A stretch of DNA of 64,000 bases from Vulcanimicrobiota bacterium. Lineage in GTDB: Bacteria; Vulcanimicrobiota; Vulcanimicrobiia; Vulcanimicrobiales; Vulcanimicrobiaceae. Shown one piece after another: positions 19,112 through 29,436 of this stretch; the stretch's first letter is position 1; every line of letters starts with the position of its first letter. The stretch is from positions 52,757-116,756 of the forward strand of contig CAVRNN010000006.1 of assembly GCA_963722595.1 (NCBI GenBank), in the 5' to 3' direction. The position numbers were made by a program, and so were the translations under genes. The notes under the pieces are model-generated. The model saw only the letters and a program-made list of their open reading frames with translations. It was not told the DNA's origin and ran no database searches.

Positions 19112-21740
19112 TTGGCCGGAAAAGTAAGGATATTCGAGCTCGCAAAAGAGCTCGGACTCACCTCGAAAGAGCTCACGACGCTCTTCAACGAGCGCCTGGG
19201 CGGCGTCTTCGAGGCAAAAAACCAGCTCAGCGTCGTCCCGGATCAGATCGCGGATCTGGTCCGTAGTGTGCTGCTAAAGCCAACCGAGAAACCGCCGGCT
19301 CCGAAACCCGCCCCGCCGCCGGCAGCCTCGAAGCCCTCCGCTGCGCCGAAGGCCGCCCCGCCGAAGGGTGTCCCGCCGAAGCCGGCTGCCCCTGCGCCCG
19401 TTGCGCGGCTGCGTCCGGTGGTGGGCGCGCCCGCACACCCGAGCCCGTCGTCGCCACCAGCCGCTACGCAGGGCGAACCAAAACCCAGGCGCCCTGCAGC
19501 AGAGGCAGTTCCACAGCTTCGCCCCGTTCCATCGGGTCAAGCCTCGATCCAACGACGCCAAGCGCCTCCGCCGACTACGGCCGCGTCGGCATCGCCCGGA
19601 CCGCAGACGGGACTTCCGGGGCGGCCGGGCGTCGCGCCCCGTCCCGGCCAGGCGATGCCCGGCCAGGGAGGCAAGGGCGGGGGACCGGTGCCCGGCCGTC
19701 TGATCGCGCCTGCCCGCCCTGGCCCGCCCCAGCAGCGCCGGCCCGCAGGAAACGGGCCATTCCGCCCGATGTCGCCCGGGACGCGCCCCGCTTCGGGCCG
19801 ACCCGGCGCGCCAGGTGAGATGCCCGCGCCGTCAACGGGTGGACGCCCAGGCGATCGTGTTCGGAGCCACGAGGACAAGGCCGCCGCCAAGAAAGATCGC
19901 GAGAAGGAGCTGCTTCTCGATAAAGAGCGGCAGCGCAAGAAGAAGGGCGAATCCGCGGTCGCCGCTCCGGCGCGCGCGCTGGAGGCCATCGAAATCCCGG
20001 ATCTGCTCACGGTGCAAGAGCTCGCGACCTCCATGATCGTCCCGGCACGCGACGTCATCACCGAGCTGATCAAGATCGGAACGATGGCGACGATCAACCA
20101 GAACATTTCGAGCGACGTCGCCATCCAGATCGCGAAGCGGTTCGGTTTCAACGCCGTCGTCAAAGAAGCCGGCGAAGAAGTGACCGTCGAGCAGGAAGAG
20201 GACAAGCCGGAGATGCTCACTCCGCGACCACCCGTCGTCACGGTGCTCGGTCACGTCGATCACGGCAAGACGTCGCTGCTCGATAAGATTCGGCAGTCGA
20301 ACGTCGCGGCCGGCGAAGCGGGCGGCATCACGCAGAAGATCGGCGCGTATACCGTCGAGCGCAACGATCGCAAGATCACGTTCGTCGACACGCCCGGTCA
20401 CGAAGCGTTCACGGCGATGCGCGCCCGCGGCGCGAAGGTTACCGACGTGGCGATCCTCGTGGTCGCCGCCGACGACGGCGTGATGCCGCAAACGAAAGAG
20501 GCGATCGCGCACGTCAAGGCCGCGAACGTCCCGATCGTCGTTGCCATCAACAAGATGGACCGGCCCGATGCGCAGCCGGATCGCGTCAAGCAGCAGCTGA
20601 TGGAGGAGGGTCTTCAGCCGGTCGACTGGGCCGGTACGGTCGAGATGGTCCCCGTTTCCGCGAAGACCGGCGATGGCATCGACGGCCTCCTCGACACGGT
20701 GCTGCTCGAGGCCGACATCCGTGAGCTGCGCGCGAATAAGAACCGCCGCGCCAGCGGCGTCGTAATTGAATCGGCGCTGCATCGCGGCCGTGGTGCGGTG
20801 GCTACGGTGCTCGTGCAAAACGGCACGCTACGCGTCGGCGACATCGTCGTCGTCGGCGGTACCTTTGGGAAAGTCCGCGCGCTGATCGACGACAAGGGCA
20901 AACAAGTGAAGAAGGCCGGCCCCTCGATTCCCGTCGAGGTCATGGGGCTCTCGGACGTTCCCGCCGCCGGTGACACCCTCTCCGTCGTGAGCGACGAGCG
21001 CGTGGCCCGCGAAACCGCGGAGAAGCGCGCGACTCGCCGCCGCGACGTTCGGATGGCTGCCGCAGGCTCGCAGCGGGTGTCGCTCGAGACGTTCATGGCC
21101 ATGCCCGCCGAAGGCGAAGAAGGTGCTCAATCTCATTATCAAGGCCGACGGACAGGGTTCGCTAGAGGCGCTGCGCGCGCGCATGGAGTCGCTCTCGACC
21201 GACGACGTCGAGATCCGCGTCATTCACGGCGGCGTCGGCGCGATCTCCCCGAACGACGTCAATCTCGCGAGCGCGTCGAACGGAGTGCTGATCGGATTCA
21301 ACATCCGCCCCGACGAGACGGCGCGCCGTCTTGCCGAGAACGAGGGCGTCGACCTGCGCTTCTACCAGGTGATCTACGAGATCGAAGACGACCTCGAGAA
21401 GGCGATGCGCGGCATGCTCTCGCCGATCGAACGCGAGGTCGTGCTCGGCCGCGCCGAGGTCCGCCAGGTGTTCAAGGTCAGCCGCGTCGGCACCATCGTC
21501 GGATGCTACGTGCAGAGCGGGAAGATCACGCGCAACGCCAAGGTGCGTGTCATTCGCGATGCGGCCGTCGTCTTCGACGGCGAGATCGAGAGTCTGCGCC
21601 GCTTCAAGAATGACGTGCGCGAGGTCGCTGAAGGCTTCGAGTGCGGCATCCAGATCGCGAAGTTCCAAGATCTCAAAGAAGGCGACGTCATCGAAGCCTA
21701 TGCCCTCGAGCACGTCGCCGCCGAGCTCGTACGAGCATGA
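19112..21740 (+). CDS. infB: translation initiation factor IF-2, reading frame interrupted near 21096-21125
   Basis: TTG start gives '[14 protein letters not shown]'. A P/A/G-rich linker is followed by G-domain motifs '[12 protein letters not shown]', 'DTPGH' and 'NKMD'. After '...[13 protein letters not shown]' the homology continues in the +1 frame as '[18 protein letters not shown]...' to the stop at 21740. Confidence 0.88.
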
Positions 21741-21936
21741 GATTGCGAGGGACGCGGAACCTGCTGCGAAGCGGAAGCTGCGACGAGCGCGGACCAGCGC
21801 AGGATGCGCACTTCGTTCCGAGCTCGCTCGTCCGCGCGAGCGCGGCAGCAGGAGGAGCACACGATGTGCGACGACGAGCGGTTCCGCGGACGGCAGGCAT
21901 AGTCCATCACGCGCCTTCAGCAGCGCGGTGCTCAGC

Positions 21937-22302
21937 ATGAAGGCGCAGAGGTTGGCGAAGATCGATCATGAGGTTCAGCGCATCTTGGGGACGCTGATCT
22001 CGCGAGAGCTGCAGGATCCACGGCTGGCGTTCGTCACGGTGACGCATGCCGAAGTGAGCGATGATCTGCGGCACTGCAAAGTGTTCGTGTCGGTGATCGG
22101 CGATCGGCATCAGGCGCGACAGTCGCTGGATGCGCTCAACCACGCAGGACGATTTCTGCGCGGCGAACTGGGCCGCAAGATCGACTTGCGGTACACGCCG
22201 GAGCTCGTGTTCGTCGAAGATCGCTCCGCCGAACGCGCGATTGCGCTCGCGAAGACGTTGCGCGAGGCGACGGCGCACTCTCCGGCGGAAGAGAGCGAAT
22301 GA
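21937..22302 (+). CDS. rbfA: ribosome-binding factor A
   Basis: 'RLAKIDHEVQRILGTLISRELQDPRL..VTVTHAEVSDDLRHCKVFVSV', 'TPELVFVED'. Confidence 0.88.
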   Translation: MKAQRLAKIDHEVQRILGTLISRELQDPRLAFVTVTHAEVSDDLRHCKVFVSVIGDRHQARQSLDALNHAGRFLRGELGRKIDLRYTPELVFVEDRSAERAIALAKTLREATAHSPAEESE

Positions 22303-23279
22303 TCGAGAGTACGCCTGGTCTTGCGTCGACGCAAGAAGTCGTCGACGAGCTGCGGCGGCGCAGCGCATTCGTGATGGTCAGCCACGTGAAGCCGGACGGC
22401 GATACGCTCGGTGCGGGGCTGGCGCTCGGGCTGGCGCTCAAGCGCCTGGGCAAGCGTGTGGCGTATTTTCAACAAGACAGCGTGCCGCGCAACCTGCGCT
22501 TTTTGCCGGACGCCGATCTCGTGTCGCGCCACATCCCGGCGGATCTTCCCAAGGACACGCTCTACGTGTTTTGCGACATGAGCGACTGGCGCCGCGCCGG
22601 CGAATATCTGCCGCCGGTCGACCGGGCGAACATGCTCGACATCGATCACCACCTAGGGAACTCGCTCTTCGGCAAGCTCAACTTCGTGCTGGAGCACGAG
22701 TGCTCGACGGGGAGCGTCGTCATGCACCTTTTGCGCGAGCTGGGTGCGCCGCTCGATAAGCGGGTCGCGACCTGTATTCTCGCGACCATCATGACCGACA
22801 CCGGCGGCTTCATGCATTCGAACACGACGCCGGACGCGCTCGAGCTCTCCGCGGAGCTGATGCGGCTCGGCGCCGATAAGGAGCAGATCACCGAAGAGAT
22901 TTTTCTGCGCAAGCGCGTCGCGGCGACGAAGCTCCTCGCCCGGGTCGTCGAGGAGATGCGCTTCGAGCACGATGGACGCTATTGCTATTCGTTTGTCGAC
23001 GATGCAATGCTTGAACGGACGGGTGCCGACGGTGAAGACACGGAGGACATGGTCAACATGCTGCTCGGGCAAGAAGGCGTGGACGTCGCCGCGCTGTTCA
23101 AGGCTATCGAGGGCGAGATCCGAGTGAGCCTGCGTTCGAGCGGACGGATCAACGTCCAGGCCGCGGCAGGGCGCTTGGGCGGCGGCGGACACTTCCGCGC
23201 CTCCGGCCTGACGTGTCACGGTTCGCTCCCCGATGCGTTTGCGGCGGTGGAAGCTGCGCTCGTCGCCGAAGGTTTGTAG
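22299..23279 (+). CDS. nrnA: DHH-family phosphoesterase (NrnA-like oligoribonuclease/pAp phosphatase)
   Basis: 'VSHVKPDGDTLGAGLAL', 'DIDHH', 'GGGGHFRASG'. Sits in the usual rbfA-truB neighbourhood. Confidence 0.8.
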   Translation: MIESTPGLASTQEVVDELRRRSAFVMVSHVKPDGDTLGAGLALGLALKRLGKRVAYFQQDSVPRNLRFLPDADLVSRHIPADLPKDTLYVFCDMSDWRRAGEYLPPVDRANMLDIDHHLGNSLFGKLNFVLEHECSTGSVVMHLLRELGAPLDKRVATCILATIMTDTGGFMHSNTTPDALELSAELMRLGADKEQITEEIFLRKRVAATKLLARVVEEMRFEHDGRYCYSFVDDAMLERTGADGEDTEDMVNMLLGQEGVDVAALFKAIEGEIRVSLRSSGRINVQAAAGRLGGGGHFRASGLTCHGSLPDAFAAVEAALVAEGL

Positions 23280-23306
23280 CGCGCGCCCGCGCTTTAGGGC
23301 ACGCCT

Positions 23307-24203
23307 TTGATCGGTTTCGTCAACCTGTTCAAGCCGGCTGGGCCGAGCTCGGCGAACGCCGTATCGCGCGTGCGCCGCATTTATGCCTTATATGCGGGCG
23401 ATCGCAAGCTGGCCGCCGGCCACCTCGGCACGCTCGATCCGCAGGCCGCCGGAGTGCTGCCGGTCGCGATCGGAAAGGCGACGCGGTTGATCCCGCTGCT
23501 CGTGGATCAGCGCAAGAGCTACGTCTGCACGCTCGTGCTCGGCAGCGCCACCACGACGCAAGACGCGCAGGGCGAGACGGTCGAGCGCGCAGCGCCACCT
23601 GCGGATTGGCCGAAGCGACTCGAGCCGCTGCTCTCCCGATTCATCGGGCGCATCGCGCAAATGCCGCCTATGTATTCAGCCGCGCGGCATCAGGGCCGGC
23701 GGCTCTACGAGCTCGCGCGCGAAGGCAAGACCGTCGAGCGGCGGCCCCGCGCCGTGACGATCTATGGCTTGACGATGCTCGGAGTAGAGCCGAGCCCTTC
23801 GACAGGGTCAGGGCGGGCCGTGGCACGATTGCGCGTCGCCTGCAGCGAGGGCACCTACGTGCGCACGCTGTGCCATGATCTCGGCGTCGCGCTAGGCACA
23901 CCCGCGCACATGGGCGCGCTCGTCCGCGAGGCCTCCGGCCCGTTCGTCCTTTACGAAGCGCGTACGCTCGACGAGATCGCTCGCAGCCCGGAGGGTGCGT
24001 TGATCGCGCCCGAGCACATCATTCCGTTTCCGACCATCGTACTGGATTTGCGCGGATCTGCGGATTTTCGCGCGGGGCGCGTCGTCCCATTGCCCGAGGG
24101 CGCGACCGGCCGGCATGTCTTCGTGCGCGACGAGTCGCGTACTCTCGTCGGAGTCGGCGAGGCGCTCGGGACGCTGCTCGCGCCCCGCAAGGTCTTCGTT
24201 TGA
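23307..24203 (+). CDS. truB: tRNA pseudouridine(55) synthase
   Basis: TTG start; 'GHLGTLDPQAAGVLPVAIGKATR', 'PPMYSA', 'CSEGTYVRTL'. Confidence 0.9.
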   Translation: MIGFVNLFKPAGPSSANAVSRVRRIYALYAGDRKLAAGHLGTLDPQAAGVLPVAIGKATRLIPLLVDQRKSYVCTLVLGSATTTQDAQGETVERAAPPADWPKRLEPLLSRFIGRIAQMPPMYSAARHQGRRLYELAREGKTVERRPRAVTIYGLTMLGVEPSPSTGSGRAVARLRVACSEGTYVRTLCHDLGVALGTPAHMGALVREASGPFVLYEARTLDEIARSPEGALIAPEHIIPFPTIVLDLRGSADFRAGRVVPLPEGATGRHVFVRDESRTLVGVGEALGTLLAPRKVFV

Positions 24204-25114
24204 AGGTCCGTCACGAACTCGCTCGCGACTCGGTGCGTCCGCTAGCACTCGCTATCGGTTTCTTCGACGGGTTTCATCGTGGCCACCGTGAGATCGCTCG
24301 GCAGACGATGCGGTTGCGCAGGCCCGGCTGGCGCTCAGGCGCGTTGACCTTCGCAAATCATCCCGCAACCCATCTGCGCCCGGGAACGGAACCGCCGCTG
24401 ATCACCACGCGAGAGGAGCGTCTCGGCCTTCTGGCGTCTGTCGGCCTCGAGGAGTGTTTCGTAGCGACGTTCGACGAACGCATCGCGACGCTGCGCCCGG
24501 AGACGTTCCTCGATCAGCTCGTCGAGCGGCTCCGCGTCGGAGGCGTCGTGGTCGGCTCAACCTTTCGATTCGGCCATCGGCGCACCGGCGATGTCGCGAT
24601 GATGCGCGATTACTTCACGAAGCGAGGCGTGGCTTTCGTTTCGGTAGCGCATGTAGACGACGATGGCGAACGGATCTCGAGTACGCGCATTCGCGCGCTC
24701 ATTTCTAACGGCGACCTCGCGCAGGCCGATCGCCTGCTGGGAGGGGCCGGCTACGAGATCCGCGGCCTCGTCGAGGTGGGAGCGGGGCGCGGGCACGCGC
24801 TGGGTTTCCCGACGGCGAACGTCTGCGTCCCGCTCAAGCTATTGCCGAAAGACGGCGTGTATTCCGCGGTAGCGCGCTACGACGGCCGCGACTATGCGGC
24901 ACTTGTTTCGATTGGGACGAACCCGCAATTCGGCGGCGGCGCGCGCACGGTGGAAGCGTGGCTGCGCGACTTCCAGCACACGATCTACGGCCGCGAGCTC
25001 GCATTGCGCGAGCTGCGCTACCTGCGCGAGCAGCGGCTTTTCGCCGGGGTCGGCGAACTCATCGAGCAAATGCTGCACGACCGGCGCGCAATTGGGTTTC
25101 CGAGCTATGGCTAA
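24200..25114 (+). CDS. ribF: bifunctional riboflavin kinase / FAD synthetase
   Basis: 'IGFFDGFHRGH', 'GRGHALGFPTANV', 'IGTNPQF', 'REQRLF'. Confidence 0.9.
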   Translation: MKVRHELARDSVRPLALAIGFFDGFHRGHREIARQTMRLRRPGWRSGALTFANHPATHLRPGTEPPLITTREERLGLLASVGLEECFVATFDERIATLRPETFLDQLVERLRVGGVVVGSTFRFGHRRTGDVAMMRDYFTKRGVAFVSVAHVDDDGERISSTRIRALISNGDLAQADRLLGGAGYEIRGLVEVGAGRGHALGFPTANVCVPLKLLPKDGVYSAVARYDGRDYAALVSIGTNPQFGGGARTVEAWLRDFQHTIYGRELALRELRYLREQRLFAGVGELIEQMLHDRRAIGFPSYG

Positions 25115-25625
25115 CCGGATTCTGGCCGCATCCGCGCTCGTGGCCATCGCTTTGGCCGGCTGCGGCCACGGCGGAAACGCGGGATCGCCTGGCGAGGCCG
25201 CCGGTCCCGCAAGAGTTGGGCGCGTCGCGCCCAACTGGAGCGAGCCGAGCCTCCCCGGCCCTTCCCTAACGCTTGCTTCGCTGCATGGCGAGGCGATCTA
25301 CCTCAACTTTTTCGCGACGTGGTGCCCGCCGTGCAACGCGGAGGCGCCAGCGATCGATGCCCTGCAACGCCGGTATGGCGGCCGCGGCTTACAGGTCGTT
25401 GGCGTCGACGTGCTCGAGAATGCGCGCAAGGCCTCGCTTTTCCGAAACCAGCATCACCTCAGCTATCCCGTCGTGATCGATAGCGGGACGCTGCGCGACC
25501 AGTACGACGTGAACGGACTGCCGGTGCACGTCTTCATCGATCGTAGCGGAGTCGTCCGAAAGATCGTTGTCGGCGAACTCTCTCCGGCCGATATGCGCAG
25601 CAACGTCGAGCGTCTCTTGCGGTAG
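25107..25625 (+). CDS. TlpA-like thiol:disulfide oxidoreductase lipoprotein
   Basis: Lipobox 'LAGC' after the signal peptide, thioredoxin motif 'FFATWCPPCNAE', 'NGLPVHVFIDRSG'. Confidence 0.82.
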   Translation: MANRILAASALVAIALAGCGHGGNAGSPGEAAGPARVGRVAPNWSEPSLPGPSLTLASLHGEAIYLNFFATWCPPCNAEAPAIDALQRRYGGRGLQVVGVDVLENARKASLFRNQHHLSYPVVIDSGTLRDQYDVNGLPVHVFIDRSGVVRKIVVGELSPADMRSNVERLLR

Positions 25626-25629
25626 TAGC

Positions 25630-27462
25630 ATGAACCGCCCAACGTTGGCATTGCGCACCGCCGCGGTTCTCACCGCGGCGGCGTGCGCTGTGGGATGCGC
25701 CGGCGCCGGTGGTCAGGGCGCGCTGATGCCCGGCGGCGCCGGCGGGTTGGCGGGCGCAGGTGGTTCCGGAAACACCGTTGTGCGAATCTTCGTACCGGCG
25801 ACGAGTCAGGGCACCCCGGCGTTCTCGAAGCCCCCGTCGCCCGCGTCTCTGCCCACGCCTGCCGCGCCTCTTCCGTTGAACGGTGCGATTCCGGTTACGA
25901 CCCCTGAGCCGCCCGCTCTGAACGGCATCGCACCGGCGGCCAACGGTACGCAGGTGCTTACGATCAGCATGAACGGCCCGACGAGCATCAGCCAGAGCGT
26001 CACGGTCGGACCGAGCGCCAGCGGATGCTCGCCGGCGCCGGGAGGATCGAGTTGTCAGCTTGCATTGACGCTGCCCGCCGGAACGTATATGGGAACGATT
26101 GGCAGCACCGCCGTGGCATTCAACGTGGCATCGAGCTCGACCAACTCGCTCAACCTTACCTTAAACGGCGTGCCCGCGCAGGTGCAAATCGTCCCCGGGT
26201 CGTTTATGAGCGCGCCCAACGCGCAAGGTGGAATCGACTTGTTCGGCGCGGGGAAACACGCGCTGCTCGTCGAGATGCTCGACAACGACCAAAACATCAT
26301 CGTCGGTACCTACGGGGCAACCTTTGCGTTGAGTCAGGCCGGCGGCTCGCTTCCGCTCGCGGTCACGCAAACGGGAGCGCTAGCGCCGAACGTGTTTTAC
26401 GTTTCCGGCCCGGCGTCCATCAACCAGAGTTCGAGCATTTTGCGCGCGACCGCGAGCTATCAAGGCCCCGCCAATCCCTGCGTGCAGCCGAACGCGGTCT
26501 GCAGCGGCACGGCGCGCATTGACGTCCGTCAGCTGCTGGGTGTCGCAAACTCCAACATCAACGACGTCACCCTCTACGTCAACGGGCAGGTCGCACCGCT
26601 GGCGACCGTTTCGACCGGCGTAACGAACCCTCAGGCGTTGATCTTCGATGTGGCCGGCGACCTCTTCGTCGCCAATCAGCCCGGAAGCGTCACCGTGTAC
26701 GCTCCACCGTACAATCAGGTGCCGAGCACCATCGCGATTGGCGTCAATCACCCGCAGGCGCTCGCCCTCGACGCCCGAGGAAACCTCTTCGTGGCCAACG
26801 GGAGCGGCAGCAACTCGGTGACGATGTATTCGCCTCCCTACGTGGGTGGCCCGTCGCAGGTCATCGCTGCGGACGTGGACGATCCCGTCAGTCTCGCGCT
26901 CGATACGAACGGCAACCTGTTCGTGCTCAACGCCGCGGCAAATACGGTCAACGAATACGCGCCGCCCTATGGCGGAACGCCGACGGTGATTTCGAAGGGT
27001 CTCAACGCGCCTAACTCGCTGGCGCTTGACTCGCGCGGAGACCTTTTCGTCGCGAACCTCAACTCCACGCCGAACTCAGTGGTCGAATATTCGCCGCCGT
27101 TCTCGAGTGCGAGCACGCCCATCGCGACGATCACGAACGGCGTCAACGAACAGGGCACGATCGGCTTGAGCTCGTCGGCAAATCTCTTCGTGCCCAATCA
27201 AGGGGCCAACACCGTCACGGAATACGTTGCACCGTACACGAGTCCGCCGGCCACCATAGTCGGCGGGCAGAGTCAGCCGATCGCGCTCGCGATCGACATG
27301 TTGGGCAACCTCTATGTTGCCAACTACGGGAACAACACGCTCACCGAGTATCCTCCGCCGTACGCGGGGGCATCCTGGACTACGGTGGCCACCGGCATCG
27401 GCGCGCCGCTAGCCCTCGCGCTCTCGCCCGCCACCAACGCGGCGAGCGCCCTAGTTCCCTAG
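25630..27462 (+). CDS. lipoprotein with a six-bladed NHL-type beta-propeller
   Basis: Lipobox 'AVGC'. A ~300 aa Ig-like/unknown region is followed by six ~43 aa repeats 'P.alAlD..GNLFVAN....V.EY.PPY' (about 26617-27459). Confidence 0.75.
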   Translation: MNRPTLALRTAAVLTAAACAVGCAGAGGQGALMPGGAGGLAGAGGSGNTVVRIFVPATSQGTPAFSKPPSPASLPTPAAPLPLNGAIPVTTPEPPALNGIAPAANGTQVLTISMNGPTSISQSVTVGPSASGCSPAPGGSSCQLALTLPAGTYMGTIGSTAVAFNVASSSTNSLNLTLNGVPAQVQIVPGSFMSAPNAQGGIDLFGAGKHALLVEMLDNDQNIIVGTYGATFALSQAGGSLPLAVTQTGALAPNVFYVSGPASINQSSSILRATASYQGPANPCVQPNAVCSGTARIDVRQLLGVANSNINDVTLYVNGQVAPLATVSTGVTNPQALIFDVAGDLFVANQPGSVTVYAPPYNQVPSTIAIGVNHPQALALDARGNLFVANGSGSNSVTMYSPPYVGGPSQVIAADVDDPVSLALDTNGNLFVLNAAANTVNEYAPPYGGTPTVISKGLNAPNSLALDSRGDLFVANLNSTPNSVVEYSPPFSSASTPIATITNGVNEQGTIGLSSSANLFVPNQGANTVTEYVAPYTSPPATIVGGQSQPIALAIDMLGNLYVANYGNNTLTEYPPPYAGASWTTVATGIGAPLALALSPATNAASALVP

Positions 27463-29390
27463 GCGGCGCGAACGTGCAGGACGTCGCCTTCGAGCGTCAC
27501 TTCGGCGCCCGATCCCTCGTGCAGCTCTCCGCGAAGCAGCGCAGTCGAGAGCGGTGTCGAGACGTAGTGCGAGACCGTGCGCTGCACGTAACGCGCGCCG
27601 CTGCCGGCGCCCATCGAGACGCGGGCGAGGTAGAGTTTGGCCTCGTCGGAAAGATTGAGTGCGACGTTGCGCGCGCCGAGGCGACCCGCTAACGCTTCTA
27701 CGTGGATTGTAACGATCGCTTCGATCTGCGTCAGCCCGAGCTCTTCGAACGGCACAACCTCGTCGATTCTGTCGAGCAGTTCGGAACGCATCGCGATCGC
27801 GAAGTCGTCGTCCTGCAGATTGGTCGTCAGGATGATCAGCGTGTGCCGGAAATCGATCGTACGCCCCTTCGAATCGGTCACGCGCCCGTCATCGAGGATC
27901 TGCAACAGGATCGATGCGACGTCGGGGTGCGCCTTCTCGAGCTCGTCGAAGAGCACAACGCAATAGGGGCGGCGTCGAACTGGTTCCGTGAGCTGACCCG
28001 GTTCGTCGTGGCCGGCGTAGCCGGGAGGCGCGCCGAGCAATCGCGAGACGGTATGCGGTTCGGTGAACTCGGCGAGATCGATTCGGACCAGAGCTGCCTC
28101 GCTGCCGAAGAGCACCTCGGCCAGCGTCTTTGCGAGTTCCGTCTTGCCGACTCCGCTCGGGCCGCGGAAGAGGAAGCTCCCGAGTGGCTTGCGCGGATCG
28201 TGTAGGCCCGTGCGCGCGCGCCGGATCGCGTCGGATACGGCGGCGATCGCGCGGTCTTGCCCGATGACGCGCTGGGATACGAGCCGCTCGAGATCGAGGA
28301 GCCGATTGGCCTGCGATTGCGTGAGCGAGTCTTGGGGGACGCCGGTCCAGCGCGTCACGACCGCCGCGACATCGTCACGCCCCACTCGCGGCTGATCGAC
28401 GGCTCCCTTGTTCGCAAGCGCGACGGAGGCCGCGGCCTCGTCGACGAGATCGATAGCCTTGTCCGGCAAGAAGCGATCGGCGATGAAGCGCGCAGAGAGC
28501 TGCGCGGCGGCGTCGATCGCGTCTTCGCCAATGACGACGTGATGGTGGCGCGCATAGCGCTCGCGCAACCCGTGAAGGATCTCGATCGTCTCGTCGATGC
28601 TCGGTTCTTCGACCATGACCGGCTGAAAGCGCCGCTCGAGCGCGGCATCGGACTCGACGTACTTGCGGTACTCATCGAAGGTCGTTGCGCCGATGCATTG
28701 GAGATCTCCGCGCGCGAGTTCCGGCTTGATCATCGTGCTCAAGTCGAGCGGTGCGCCCTCGGCGGCCCCGGCTCCGACGAGCGTATGCAGTTCGTCGATG
28801 AACAGCACCACGTCACGGGCGCTTCGCTTGACCTCGTCGAGGATGCGCTTGACGCGTCCCTCGAACTCGCCGCGATACTTCGTGCCGGCGACGAGCGGCC
28901 CGAGCGAGAGGGCGAGGACGCGCTTGCCGCGCAGCGACGGCGGCGCGTTACCGGCAACGATCCGCGCGGCGAGGCCCTCCACGATCGCGGTTTTCCCAAC
29001 GCCCGGTTCGCCAACTAAACACGGATTGTTCTTGCTGCGCCGCGCGAGGATGGAAACGACCCGGTCGATTTCGCGATCGCGACCAATGACGGGGTCGAGT
29101 TTACCGTTGCGCGCAAGCTCGGTCAGGTCGCGCGAGAACGCCGCAAGCGTCGGCGTGCCGCCGCGAATTCGTTTGCCGAGCTCGTCCAGCGGCGAGGCAG
29201 CACCTCCGCCCTGCATCTTCTCGGCGAGGAACGCGCTGCCGGCGATCAGGCCGGCCGCCGCAAGCGCGGCTCCGACGAAAGGCAGCGCGCTCGTAGCCGC
29301 GCGTTTCTGGGCGCACAGGTTGCAAACGCGGCGCCCGCCAAACGAAGTGACCGCGGGACGCGCCCCGCACGCTTCACACTCAAACATCAT
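27459..29390 (-). CDS. ClpA-type two-ring AAA+ ATPase with an N-terminal C4 zinc ribbon and hydrophobic helix, no Clp_N domain, no ClpP-docking loop
   Basis: 643 aa. 'CEACG...VCNLC', then '[22 protein letters not shown]'. D1 has 'GEPGVGKT' and 'VLFIDELH'; D2 has 'GPSGVGKT' and '[10 protein letters not shown]'. D2 reads '[25 protein letters not shown]' where ClpA has its IGL loop. Confidence 0.85.
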   Translation of the reverse strand: MMFECEACGARPAVTSFGGRRVCNLCAQKRAATSALPFVGAALAAAGLIAGSAFLAEKMQGGGAASPLDELGKRIRGGTPTLAAFSRDLTELARNGKLDPVIGRDREIDRVVSILARRSKNNPCLVGEPGVGKTAIVEGLAARIVAGNAPPSLRGKRVLALSLGPLVAGTKYRGEFEGRVKRILDEVKRSARDVVLFIDELHTLVGAGAAEGAPLDLSTMIKPELARGDLQCIGATTFDEYRKYVESDAALERRFQPVMVEEPSIDETIEILHGLRERYARHHHVVIGEDAIDAAAQLSARFIADRFLPDKAIDLVDEAAASVALANKGAVDQPRVGRDDVAAVVTRWTGVPQDSLTQSQANRLLDLERLVSQRVIGQDRAIAAVSDAIRRARTGLHDPRKPLGSFLFRGPSGVGKTELAKTLAEVLFGSEAALVRIDLAEFTEPHTVSRLLGAPPGYAGHDEPGQLTEPVRRRPYCVVLFDELEKAHPDVASILLQILDDGRVTDSKGRTIDFRHTLIILTTNLQDDDFAIAMRSELLDRIDEVVPFEELGLTQIEAIVTIHVEALAGRLGARNVALNLSDEAKLYLARVSMGAGSGARYVQRTVSHYVSTPLSTALLRGELHEGSGAEVTLEGDVLHVRAA

Positions 29391-29436
29391 CGCCTACTGT
29401 ACCAGCTTCGGCAAGAGAGGTTTCGCCTTCCGTTGG

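Noticed and set aside
19832-20818. 328 aa ORF antisense to the infB G domain
   Set aside because: A shadow ORF opposite the most conserved part of IF-2.
21096-21125. Programmed +1 frameshifting in infB
   Set aside because: I see no slippery or shifty-stop context, and no rare-codon or stop-codon pause as in prfB. A one-base consensus error is the simpler explanation. Kept as a finding only because it needs read-level checking.
21864-21902. 12-codon mini-ORF (MCDDERFRGRQA) with AGGAGGA 7 nt upstream, in the 196 nt infB-rbfA spacer
   Set aside because: Too short to evaluate, and purine-rich SD-like strings arise by chance. There is also no sign of the DUF503/YlxP gene that often sits here. 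Noted only as a possibility.
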